Positions 8,751 through 19,500 of a stretch of DNA of 63,602 nucleotides are shown piece by piece; within the stretch, counting starts at the first letter, position 1; every line of letters starts with the position of its first letter. Both the position numbers and the translations under genes were made by a program. Source of the stretch: a virus (taxonomy: Duplodnaviria; Caudoviricetes); IMG/VR virus record IMGVR_UViG_3300046003_002370, positions 1-63,602 of that record. One strand, written 5' to 3'. A model generated the notes under the pieces. That model saw nothing but the letters and a program-made list of their open reading frames with translations. It had not been told where the DNA came from and did no database searches.

Positions 8751-9521
8751 ATGATAGAAAGATATGAATCTCAATACAAAGTTTTATTATGGAAATGCTT
8801 AAGCGCTGGAGTACGTAGAAACGATCGTACTGGCGTTGGATCAAGATCTATATTCAATGCTTATTTAAAGATTGATCTTAAAGAATGTTTCCCTTTAATA
8901 ACAGGTAGAAAAATGTTTCAAAAAACTTTTGATACAGAATTTGAATGGTTTATGAATGGCGAAACTAACATACAAAGATTCAGAGATGCCGGCGTAAAGA
9001 TATGGAACGCTTGGGCTGATACTAATGGAGATCTTGGACCTGTGTATGGACATCAAATGCGCAATTTTAACGATCAAAATATAGATCAGATGCAAATGCT
9101 TATTAAAAATTTAATTGCTGATCCAGACAGCCGTAGACACATTATAAGTTTATGGAATCCTGCTCAATTAGATCAAATGCGACTACCACCTTGTTATCTG
9201 TACTTTCAGTTTTTTGTTGAAGGTGAAGATCTTAATATGTTCGTTGTGCAAAGATCAGGTGATATGTTTTTAGGAATACCTTATGACATTGCTTTATTCT
9301 CTAAAATACTTTTGTATGTAGCGGATAAAGTTGGTTTAAAAGCTAATCTACTAGAAGTTCAAATTGTCGATGCTCACGTCTATGAAAATCAGATTAACGC
9401 AATACACGAGTACTTTGAGCAAGAAAGTTTTGACGCTCCAAAATATACCTATAAAGAAGGCATATTAGAATTAATTGACTACAAACATGGTCCTAAAATA
9501 ACAGCGACAGTAGCTGTATAA
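8751..9521 (+). CDS. thyA: Thymidylate synthase
   Basis: DRTGVG, LGPVYGHQMR, SRRHII, LPPC, QRSGDMFLGIPYDI, DAHVY. Confidence 0.95.
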   Translation: MIERYESQYKVLLWKCLSAGVRRNDRTGVGSRSIFNAYLKIDLKECFPLITGRKMFQKTFDTEFEWFMNGETNIQRFRDAGVKIWNAWADTNGDLGPVYGHQMRNFNDQNIDQMQMLIKNLIADPDSRRHIISLWNPAQLDQMRLPPCYLYFQFFVEGEDLNMFVVQRSGDMFLGIPYDIALFSKILLYVADKVGLKANLLEVQIVDAHVYENQINAIHEYFEQESFDAPKYTYKEGILELIDYKHGPKITATVAV

Positions 9522-9530
9522 ATAAAAAAT

Positions 9531-10403
9531 ATGGAAAAAATAATGTATTATTTGTATCACATACCTGGTAAAAAGATTGGCGTAACACGTGATCTTAAAT
9601 ATAGATTAACGAAGCGACAAGGCTATCAGACTGACGAATACGAAGTAATAGATTCAAGTGAAGATATAGATTATATATCAAAGCAAGAATTATTACTTCA
9701 ACTTGTCTACGGTTATAAGGTAGACAAACAATCATATAAAAATTTAATCAATAAAAACAAAGATCAAATGAAATTAAATGTAACAGAACAGACAACAACA
9801 TTCCCGTGCCCATTGAGCAAGTTAAAAGGTAATTTGTTTGACAATTTAGGGTCACAAATTGAAACAAGTTTGGGCACTTGCACATTAACGCCGGCTATTG
9901 CTGAATGGATTGTATCAAATGCAAATATTTCAATGTTTAATACCGAAAGAACTTATGTGTACAATAAAGCGTTAAACCAGTTTGCTACAACGTTAGCTAA
10001 CAATGCAAGTAACAAAGTTGAAAGCAAAGCTAAGTTTAGCGATAATGTATACGATTCAATTAGACAATGGGCTGATGAGCGAGGTATATACAAGGACGGC
10101 GATTCTAAAACACAGTATATAAAACTACAAGAGGAAGCCGGCGAATTAGCTAGAGCTATATTAAAGAACAATAAAGTAGACCTTGTTGATGCTATTGGAG
10201 ACTGTGTTGTTGTATTAACTAATCTTGCAGCAATAAATGGATTAAAAATAGAAGACTGTATTCAGTCTGCTTATACTGAAATCAAGAATCGTAAAGGTAA
10301 AATGCAAAATGGTACATTTGTTAAGGAACAACCACAAACACAAAACGGCGTATTGCAAGGCTTTGGCGGAACATTAAATAAACACGTACAATCAACTTTA
10401 TAA
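9531..10403 (+). CDS. Fusion: GIY-YIG-like N-terminus, unknown middle, MazG-like NTP pyrophosphohydrolase
   Basis: YYLYHIPGKKIGVT...R; C-terminal KLQEEAGELA...DAIGDCVVVLTNLA. Confidence 0.8.
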   Translation: MEKIMYYLYHIPGKKIGVTRDLKYRLTKRQGYQTDEYEVIDSSEDIDYISKQELLLQLVYGYKVDKQSYKNLINKNKDQMKLNVTEQTTTFPCPLSKLKGNLFDNLGSQIETSLGTCTLTPAIAEWIVSNANISMFNTERTYVYNKALNQFATTLANNASNKVESKAKFSDNVYDSIRQWADERGIYKDGDSKTQYIKLQEEAGELARAILKNNKVDLVDAIGDCVVVLTNLAAINGLKIEDCIQSAYTEIKNRKGKMQNGTFVKEQPQTQNGVLQGFGGTLNKHVQSTL

Positions 10404-10404
10404 T

Positions 10405-10674
10405 ATGAGAAAAAAAGAAATTGAGTTTAGAGATCCAGTAGTTGAGCGTGTTGTTAATAGTTTTGTATCAAGATCAAATGTTGGCTGGAAGAAGTATGGT
10501 ATAACATTAGATAGCGATCCTCAAGACGTACTAGTCTGGTTAAATCATTTACAAGAAGAGTTGATGGATGCTGTTTTGTATCTTCAAAAAGCTAAAGAAG
10601 TTTATGCGGACCAAGACAATATGTTGATTGATAACGGGCATCGTATCAACGTTACAATAGATGAAGAAGATTAG
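10405..10674 (+). CDS. Phage protein resembling all-alpha NTP pyrophosphatases
   Basis: GWKKYG...WLNHLQEELMDAVLY. Confidence 0.65.
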   Translation: MRKKEIEFRDPVVERVVNSFVSRSNVGWKKYGITLDSDPQDVLVWLNHLQEELMDAVLYLQKAKEVYADQDNMLIDNGHRINVTIDEED

Positions 10675-11107
10675 TAGAAAAAAAGGACCAGTAGTAGCTA
10701 AAAAGGTAATGTGCGACGGCATTGCCTTTGCTTCTGGGCTTGAAAAGTATATGTATCTTGCTTTAAAAGATAATAATATAACGGCACAATATGAATCACA
10801 CACTTTTGAATTGGTTAATAGTTTTGAATTTCAGAACGACTGCTTCGAGCGGCAAGGCAATGGCAAAGGGGATTTTTGTAATAGGGGCAATAAAAGAATA
10901 CTCAACCTAAAATACACTCCTGACTTTGTTGGCGTAGATTTTATTATTGAAACTAAAGGCAGAGCAAATGAATCATTCCCTATGCGCTGGAAACTATTTA
11001 AAAAATGGATGAAAGACAATAACGACACAAGAACACTATATAAACCTCAATCAAATCCAGAATGTTTAAAGACAGTAGAATTAATCCTGCGGAAGAGAAA
11101 CGCTTAG
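10661..11107 (+). CDS. T7 endonuclease I-like Holliday junction resolvase
   Basis: FASGLE, YE, YTPDF, IIETKG motifs. Confidence 0.8.
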   Translation: MKKISRKKGPVVAKKVMCDGIAFASGLEKYMYLALKDNNITAQYESHTFELVNSFEFQNDCFERQGNGKGDFCNRGNKRILNLKYTPDFVGVDFIIETKGRANESFPMRWKLFKKWMKDNNDTRTLYKPQSNPECLKTVELILRKRNA

Positions 11108-11400
11108 CAAGGAAAAGATACGCGGAAAGACAAGTTGATAAATGGATTAAATGGTCTTTTTTAGTTAAAGGAAAAATTAAATTTAAAGAATTACTAGAAA
11201 TACAAAAAGAATATAAACTATATAATTAAACTATGAAAAACAAAAATTTAAAAGTGGAAGAACCAAAAGGATGGATATTATCAGTTGGTCTTTACCCAGG
11301 AATACTATTTGGCATAAGAACTTACGAGGAGCCAGAATTTAACACGCACGTTTTTTACTTACCATTCATTGACATTGCATTAGAAATAGACAAATAATAT

Positions 11401-13269
11401 ATGAGCTTAACATTAGACAAACAGATTTTATCAGACATTACAGTATACACGAAGTATGCAAAATATTTACCAGTTAAAGAAAGAAGAGAAACCTGGAATG
11501 AATTAGTTACAAGGAACATGGAAATGCATACTACTAAGTTTCCACAATTAAAAGAATCAATTGAACAAATTTATAAGAACTTTGTATTTAATAAAAAAGT
11601 ATTACCGTCGATGCGAAGTCTGCAGTTCGGAGGCAAAGCGATCGAGCTTAATAACGCACGGATTTATAATTGCGCGTTTTTACCTATTGATAGCATACAT
11701 AGTTTTTCTGAGACTATGTTTCTATTGCTTGGCGGTACCGGTGTTGGATATTCGGTACAAAATCATCAAATTGAAAAGTTACCAGAAATTAGAAAACCTA
11801 ATTACGACCGTAAGAAAAGGTATGTAGTACAAGATTCTATTATTGGATGGGCCGATGCAATTAAGGTATTATTCAAATCTTATACTGGCGGTTTAACATC
11901 ACATATAGAATTTGATCTATCTGACATCAGACAAAAAGGAGCGCTATTAGTAACCGCTGGTGGTAAAGCACCTGGGCCAGAACCATTGCGTATCGCTTTA
12001 GTAAAGATAGAAGCTGTATTACGTAATAAGAAAGACAGGACCAAACTGATGGATATTGAGTGCCATGATATTCAATGCCACATTGCCGACTCAGTGTTAG
12101 CTGGCGGTATTAGAAGAGCAGCGATGATTTCACTATTTGATCTTGATAGTACCGCGATGCTTAATTGCAAAGCTGGTAATTGGTGGGAAGAAAATCCACA
12201 AAGAGGTAGATCAAATAACTCAGTTGTTTTGTTAAGGCATAAGATTGACAGAGAAACATTTGATAAAGTATGGGAGCGTATTGAAGCTTCAGGATCTGGT
12301 GAACCTGGTATATACCTTACTAATGACAAAGACTGGGGAACTAATCCTTGTTGTGAAATTGCTTTAAGGCCATATCAGTTTTGTAATTTAACTGAGATTA
12401 ATATGTCGGATATTGAAAGTCAAGAAGATTTTAATGCTAGATCATCGGCCGCCTCGTTCTTAGGTACATTGCAAGCATCGTACTCAGACTTTCATTACTT
12501 GCGTGATATATGGAGAAAGAACACTGAAAAAGATGCATTACTTGGCGTATCAATGACTGGTATTGCCTCTAAATCAAACTTAGAATTAAACTATGAAGAA
12601 GCTGCGAGCCATGTTAAACTCACTAATGTCGAGACCGCCAATGCTCTTGGTATTAACCCTGCTGCTAGGACCACCGCTGTTAAACCTGCAGGAACTACCA
12701 GTTTGGTCCTTGGTACTTCTTCTGGCATACACGCTTGGCACAATGATTATTATATTCGCAGAATGCGATTAGGTAAGAATGAAGCTATATATTCCTATCT
12801 TGCTATACACAATCCAGAATTGTTAGAAGATGAATATTTTAATCCAACATTGCAATCAGTAATTTCTGTGCCTCAAAAAGCTCCAGATGGCGCTATAACA
12901 AGATACGAGTCTACTTTGGATCTATTAGAAAGAGTTAAATTAATTTCTAGAGATTGGGTTAAGAAAGGTCATATTAAAGGTAACAATACACATAACGTAT
13001 CGTGTACCGTATCTGTTCGTGATGATGAATGGAAAGCTATTGGTGATTGGATGTGGGAGAATAAAGATTACTATAATGGATTATCTGTATTGCCATACCA
13101 TGGGGGAACATACAAACAAACACCATTTGAGGATTGTACTAAAGAAGTATACGAACAAATGATGTTAACGTTAAAAGATGTAGATTTATCTAAAGTTGTA
13201 GAAATACAAGATAATACAAACTTTGCTGATTCAGCAGCGTGTGGAGGAGGAAATTGTGAAATTGTATAA
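11401..13269 (+). CDS. nrdJ: Class II (adenosylcobalamin-dependent) ribonucleotide reductase
   Basis: RETW, LPSMR, NCAF, GTGVG, RRAAMI, TNPCCEI, VKPAGT, C-terminal CGGGNCE; no beta-subunit gene. Confidence 0.9.
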   Translation: MSLTLDKQILSDITVYTKYAKYLPVKERRETWNELVTRNMEMHTTKFPQLKESIEQIYKNFVFNKKVLPSMRSLQFGGKAIELNNARIYNCAFLPIDSIHSFSETMFLLLGGTGVGYSVQNHQIEKLPEIRKPNYDRKKRYVVQDSIIGWADAIKVLFKSYTGGLTSHIEFDLSDIRQKGALLVTAGGKAPGPEPLRIALVKIEAVLRNKKDRTKLMDIECHDIQCHIADSVLAGGIRRAAMISLFDLDSTAMLNCKAGNWWEENPQRGRSNNSVVLLRHKIDRETFDKVWERIEASGSGEPGIYLTNDKDWGTNPCCEIALRPYQFCNLTEINMSDIESQEDFNARSSAASFLGTLQASYSDFHYLRDIWRKNTEKDALLGVSMTGIASKSNLELNYEEAASHVKLTNVETANALGINPAARTTAVKPAGTTSLVLGTSSGIHAWHNDYYIRRMRLGKNEAIYSYLAIHNPELLEDEYFNPTLQSVISVPQKAPDGAITRYESTLDLLERVKLISRDWVKKGHIKGNNTHNVSCTVSVRDDEWKAIGDWMWENKDYYNGLSVLPYHGGTYKQTPFEDCTKEVYEQMMLTLKDVDLSKVVEIQDNTNFADSAACGGGNCEIV

Positions 13270-13276
13270 ATAAATT

Positions 13277-13492
13277 ATGAAAGAACAAACATTAATAGAA
13301 ACGAAGAATAAAGTAGATGCTTTAATATTAGCAATGCGACAGATTACGCAACAAATAGATAATCTAAAAGATCTATCGGTAGGAACACTGGAAATACTTA
13401 AAAATATGCCAGGCTACCAAGATGCAGTCGACAAGCTAAAAGCAGATGTATTAACTAAGCGAGAAGAAAAAAAGCTGGAGCTAGTTGAATAA
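13277..13492 (+). CDS. Hypothetical protein, last gene of the + arm
   Basis: 71-aa ORF before the terminator. Confidence 0.7.
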   Translation: MKEQTLIETKNKVDALILAMRQITQQIDNLKDLSVGTLEILKNMPGYQDAVDKLKADVLTKREEKKLELVE

Positions 13493-13495
13493 ATT

Positions 13496-13534
13496 AAAAA
13501 AAGGGAGTTCTCATTACGAGGCTCCCTTTCTTTA
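13496..13534. terminator. Bidirectional terminator between convergent arms
   Basis: A-run, aaagggagttctc/gaggctcccttt stem, T-run. Confidence 0.8.
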
Positions 13535-13563
13535 TTAAGAACTTTTGAGTATGGTGCTCATTT

Positions 13564-16500
13564 TTATTGGTTCTTATTTTTTTCTACTCTGTCCCAAATC
13601 ATTTCTTTCTTAACAGCTGCTTTTTCTTTTGCAGTAGCCAACGAATCAATATATTCGTTCATTTGTTCATCAGTCATTTTATCAATTCTATTCGCTAATG
13701 CTTCTTTTTTAGCTATTCTGTCCTCAGCTGACTTAACATCACTTTCAAACTTCTTAGTTGTTTTAGCTTCTGCTTTTATTCTGTCCTCTTCTTCATTAAC
13801 AACTCCAACATCGTAAGGTTTCCAACCAAGACCTAACGCAAGTTTTTGCCAGGTTTTATTTCTTTCGTCTAACATTTCAGCTACGTTATTTGCTTTGTCA
13901 ACTAATCTATCTAATGGAAAGTTTGTAGTAGCCGCTGTAACTTTACCTGCAATATCATAAGCAGGAGAAGGATTAAATTTTCCGTCTTGCATTAGACTAA
14001 ACCCTCTTTCCTTAATAATATCCTTATCGTATTTAGAAGTGTTCCAAGCAGAGTTTAATTTAGACATTTTAGAACTTATAGGTGGAGAAATACCGGCTGC
14101 AGCAATAATAATTTTAGCAGACTCACCTTTGAATCCTTTTTCTTCTTGTTTTAAGTATTCTAAAATTGTATTTTTTACTGTCGAAACAACAGCTCCGTAT
14201 ATACCAGTACCTCTTAATATGGTGTCTAACATACTGTTTGCAATAGATATATATTTTTTGCCTGCTTTTTCTTTTTGCTTAGCTTTTTCTTTCTCATCTT
14301 CTGGCTCTTCCTCAAAAGCAACTGCAAATAATGCAGACTGTAAAGAAGAAAATATCATACTTTGTATAAATCCATAATACAAGATCTTTGAGATATGTGT
14401 CTTAGCGTCTCCACGTCCATTTATAAGGTCTCTACCAGCCTTTTTCATCAATCTATTATATTGCATAGGCGTATTGCCAAAAGCTAATATAAGACGTCCT
14501 ATTGAGCTCGCTTGTTGTTGAGATATTTTGCTAGGATCTGCTGATTGTTGTGATTCTTCCGATGTTGCTAAGAAATCTTTATATGCTGCGTCTTTTGCAT
14601 CACTCGCGGACATGCCTTGTTTCTCGTAAGTATTAATTCTATTCCTGTAGAATGTAGCTCCGCCTGAACAAATAGCAAAACTATCCGCCATTTGTGTTGG
14701 TGTGTAACCTACTTTTAATAGATATGCTAAAGCTGCCTTTACTTTATTCTTTGAACCTTCAACTGCGTTAGCTAGTTCAGCTTGATCAACATCGGATTTT
14801 AAGCCTGCTCTACGTTCTTTTAATGAATTTGAATTCCATAATTCAGAGAAGTCTTTCCAATATTGTGGTTGGTTAGCAAATGCTTTAGCCGCCATAGCCG
14901 GATTGTTATCTGACCAGTTTATAAAGTTTGTCGATGCAACTAATTGAAGTACAGCAGATCTTGTATTTAAGAACATTATCGCACCAGATGAATTATTCAC
15001 CCAACTAGCCCAAGCGCTTCCAATTTTATCTCCGGATGACCTGTTTGTTCCATTTTTCATTCTAAATAAGGAATCTTCTAATGCACCTCTAAAATCTGTA
15101 CCTCTTGCTGCTTCTATTTTATTTAAGTTTTCAGGTGAAAATATTGCATCTGCATTTTCAACAAACTCTCCTAATATTTGTTTTCTACCACCCTTCTCAG
15201 TAACATTATGCAAATCGGACACAATAGACTCTACATTCCAGTATTCTGTTGGTTTTATCCAACCTTCTAACTGTCCACTTGCAGCCGACAATTTGTTAGC
15301 AAAGTCAGTAAACGCAGGATCATTCTTTATAACATCAACTAGTTTATCAATTTCAGGTCTAGACAAGCCAGGAATTTCAACTCCATTAGTATCCCATAAG
15401 TAAACCCTTACAGCTTGATCGTATGTATTTGTTGTGCCTTCTATTATCTTTGTTAACTTTTTAGCCTCAACAGGGTGTTCCTTTTTTAAGTCTCTATATC
15501 CTTGTTTTATATTTGCTCTAATATTGTTTATTCTTGTAACTCCAGCAGCATAAGGTTTTAATAGATTGTCTTCAAAGAACTTCTTTTGTTCTTCTCCACG
15601 TGTTCCTTTACCCATGAAGTCATACAATAATCCAGCAAAATCCTCAGCAGATGGCGACATAAACACTCTAAACTTGCCTTTACCAGCGCCTATTGTTCTA
15701 GCTGTAATATCTGAGAATTGCTCGTTTACACCAATACCTCTTGTCTCTTCTAATATTTTGTTAAACTCTGTAGATAAAGCTTTACTAAACTGAATTCCAG
15801 ATACATCAGCGACTTTAGTTAAAGGTATAATTTCATACCTACCCTTGCTACTTTTAACTTCTTTGTCAAGCAGCAAATTATAGGTAGAAGCATCAGAAAG
15901 CTTGCTTGCAACATCTTTATTTCTAATTTTAGCTAAAGACAATGGAACTAATTTTGATGTTGAGTTAAATTCTATATAGTCTTTATTATTTATTATTTCT
16001 TCAAGAACACGAGGCATTATATTTATCATAGCGTCTTCATGTTCTACAGTATATTCCGGCTCAATTAAAAGTTTTTCGTAATATTCATTCTTATTGTTTT
16101 CAATTTTTTTACCATTCTCTAAAATAAGGTTTCCTTTTTTGTCTGTTTTATATTTATACTTATTAGTTACTTTATTTAGTCTTTCTTGTTTTTCTACTTC
16201 TGGTAATGTATTTAAAAACTTATCAATAGTCCTTATTGCTGTCGGCGTTAAATTTCCCTTTTTATTTCTAGGCAATTTTCTTAGAATGTTACCTTCCTTA
16301 TTTTTTTTATCAACAACAATGCCAACCATTGCGGACAATGAGCGTATCCCACTAGCAATATTGTTATTACCCGCAAACATTGTATAAACAGTACCTATAC
16401 GAGTGTTTCTTTCTGTTTTTGATATTCCATTTTCATTAACCCATTCTTTAGTTATATTAAAAAATAATTCTGCTTTTAACTTATTTATTTCATTAAATTT

Positions 16501-19500
16501 TGAAAGTTCTTTTCCGGCTTTTTCTATAGAAGAGGAATTATTAGGGTCAATTAATATAGTATTTTTTACATTAGTTTGCTTTGTAGGATTAATGCTAGTA
16601 TACTTACCATCTTTGCCTAAAGCTTTTTCTAAAGTATTAATTTTTTTAATTATTCCTTTACTAGTATCACTTAGGTCTAATTCACTATTGCCTTTGGCTA
16701 ACAAACTATTAATATTATCAGCGGACAAAGACTTTTTAATGCTTATTACCTCAGGGCTGTCAGGCGCTAATATATTTCCTTCTTTGCTAATTACCTTTTT
16801 AAATAAATTTTTTACCCAATCAACTCCAGAAGAGTCAGTTCTATATTGGCTAGCCCTAAGTCCAGCTAATAATCCTTTATCAAAAGTTAATTCTATAGGA
16901 AGCATTTTAAGTAGTCCTTCTCTACTTTTAATATAAGATGATAATGCTTCATTATCAAAATTTTGGTAACCAACGGCATTATTAGCTAAAGGCATTGGAG
17001 ATTCTATTCCAAAAATTCCCATAACATTATCTAATAACCCCCTATATGTATTGGTGTCGGTGTTCATTGTTTCAGAACTACCGCTAAAGTTAAAATCACC
17101 ATCAATTATAGCTTGTTTTTTTATACCCTCTGAAAACTGTATTAAAGAAGCTCCAGCTTTTAAATCCGCCGCTTGTTCAAGTGTTTGAACAGCCTCCATT
17201 CTCACAGCTGTATTAGACGCTATCTTACCATACAAACGAATCATAGCTAATATAGTTTGAGAACGAGGATCCTGTCCTCCAAAAGGTTCAAATGATCCAT
17301 CTTTATTTATACCAAACGCGTTTAAAAATTCTTCTTGAGTTATATTCTTTTTTAATTGAAATGGAATTAACCCAGCTCCTTTACCTAATCTTTCTTTTTG
17401 GTCATAAAAAAGTTGTTGCAATTTTCTTGGAATACTAAGTCCTGTGCCTATCAAAATATCACTAGCGGGCATACCTTCTAGTATAGCTCCCTCAGGCAAT
17501 AACTTTATTAATTTGGTTCTATTGTCATATATTATTTTTTGAATAACTGGTATTTCTGGAGTTGCTAAATTTGCTTTTGCATCAGTAACTTTACGTACGG
17601 TTGTGCCAAAAAACTTGGCAGTAACCTCTGGGGCTAAGTCATTTAATTTTGCAAAAGTCAAACTTCCTAATTCAGATGCGGTCATGGCGTCTATCTTTTC
17701 TTTAACAGAAGCATTGTATTCTTGACCTAATTCGGCACCCATCATATCGATTGGGTTTATCAAATTGGCTTGCCTATCCTCTTCATCTCTAATTTCATCA
17801 AGCGTAGAGTCAAAAGAATAATCATCTTCCATATCATAGGCCGGAGAACCGCTATCGTCCATTATTTCTTTAGAAAATTTTTCAGAAAGAATTCTTTTGG
17901 ATGCTGCAATAGCTCGCATTGGTAGGTACTTATTTATATAAGCTGCTAATGGAACACCCGCCTTCGGGTCATAGCTTTTTATTAAGTCATATAACCCCCC
18001 TGAACCTGTCTCAAGTTCGTCTGTTAGCAATTGCTTATCAAATCCCGGGGCGTCTCTTCTTTTATCTACTAATTTAGATGTTATAGGTCCAAATTGTTTT
18101 ATAATATCAAAAGCGCCTTCGATGCCTTTTTCATCATAAATTTGCTGTACCTTATTAGACGCAACTGCTCCTTTATTATTTTCTATAATTTTAACATCTT
18201 CTGCTTCCTCTTCGCTTACTTTTTCCTTAATACTTTCTTTTGGTTTTTCTGTTTTCGGCGTTTCTTGTGGAGCTTTTTTAATTTCAATTTGTAGTTTACG
18301 TTCAATATTGCCTTTTTGAGCTTTATAATCAGCTTCTTCCATATCACCATAGCCTTCATCATATTCCACCTCTAAGTTAGCTAGCTCTTTTTTAAGTTCG
18401 TCAACTTTGGAAAATTCAACACCAGCGTCTATACCACTAGCTATTCCAGAATATTCTTTTGTCATGGATTCCAATTCCGCTAACTTTATAGCCCCAGATT
18501 TTTTACCAGATTCAATATCTGATAGTGTCAATGTACCAGTTGAAATCTTTTTACCAAGTCCTACTACGAAGTTGTACATATCATTTTCGCCTTTAAAATC
18601 AAAAGCTGTTATATCTGGATGTGTTTTCTGAACCATTGATCCAAACAGTCCAGCTAGCCCTTTATATTTTTTACTTTTTTCCGCAAAGGTTATATCTCCT
18701 TTTGACACAAGTTCTAAAAATCTAGAAATAACTTCAGTAGCTTTAAGATCGCCATTTTCATTTCTTTCCGTAGAATTTACTAATTGTTTGTATAGGTTCT
18801 TATCTAACTTTTTAGTAGTTAAAAGTAATTGTTTCGCTATTGGAGTAAAAGCTTTTGGATTTGATTTTAATAAAAGGTTGGCAGCATAATGTCCTACCTC
18901 ATGCGTAGCTATCTGAGACCGTCCATTAGACAACATATTTTCTTTGACTAGTATTTGTCCTGTCGTATCGTTATTAAATCCATCCGCCCCCTCTCTTATT
19001 CCATCTATAGCTGTTTTTTGGTCTATTTCGCTTAACCCAGATTTAGTTTTTATATATTCAATAGCTTCATTTTTGGTTTCAAAAGCTTTTATTCTAGCTC
19101 CTTCTACTTTACTTGCATTATTAATATTTATATCTATCTCTTGTTTTAGGTACAAATCGAAAGCGGCTTTTTGAATTTTTTCAGTTGATGGCTTAATATC
19201 TCCCTCTAAACCGACACCTTCCGCGGCTTGCTCAAGCAGATCGTCATACCTATCAGGCTTAGAATATTTTAGTAACTTAAATCTAGATACATCGCTAGAC
19301 ATGCTGGATGGACTTAATGCGTCTTGTTTTATAGCTTCCAGTTTGTTGAATTCAACCCTTAAGTCTTCTATTATAAGATCCTTATTTTCAGTCGATATAT
19401 TTTTATCATCTAATATCTCTTTAGCCTCATTTTGTAGGCTAGCTTTTTTACCTTCTATAGAAATAATAGCCTCGGCAACACCGGCTCTTAATGTGTTGTT

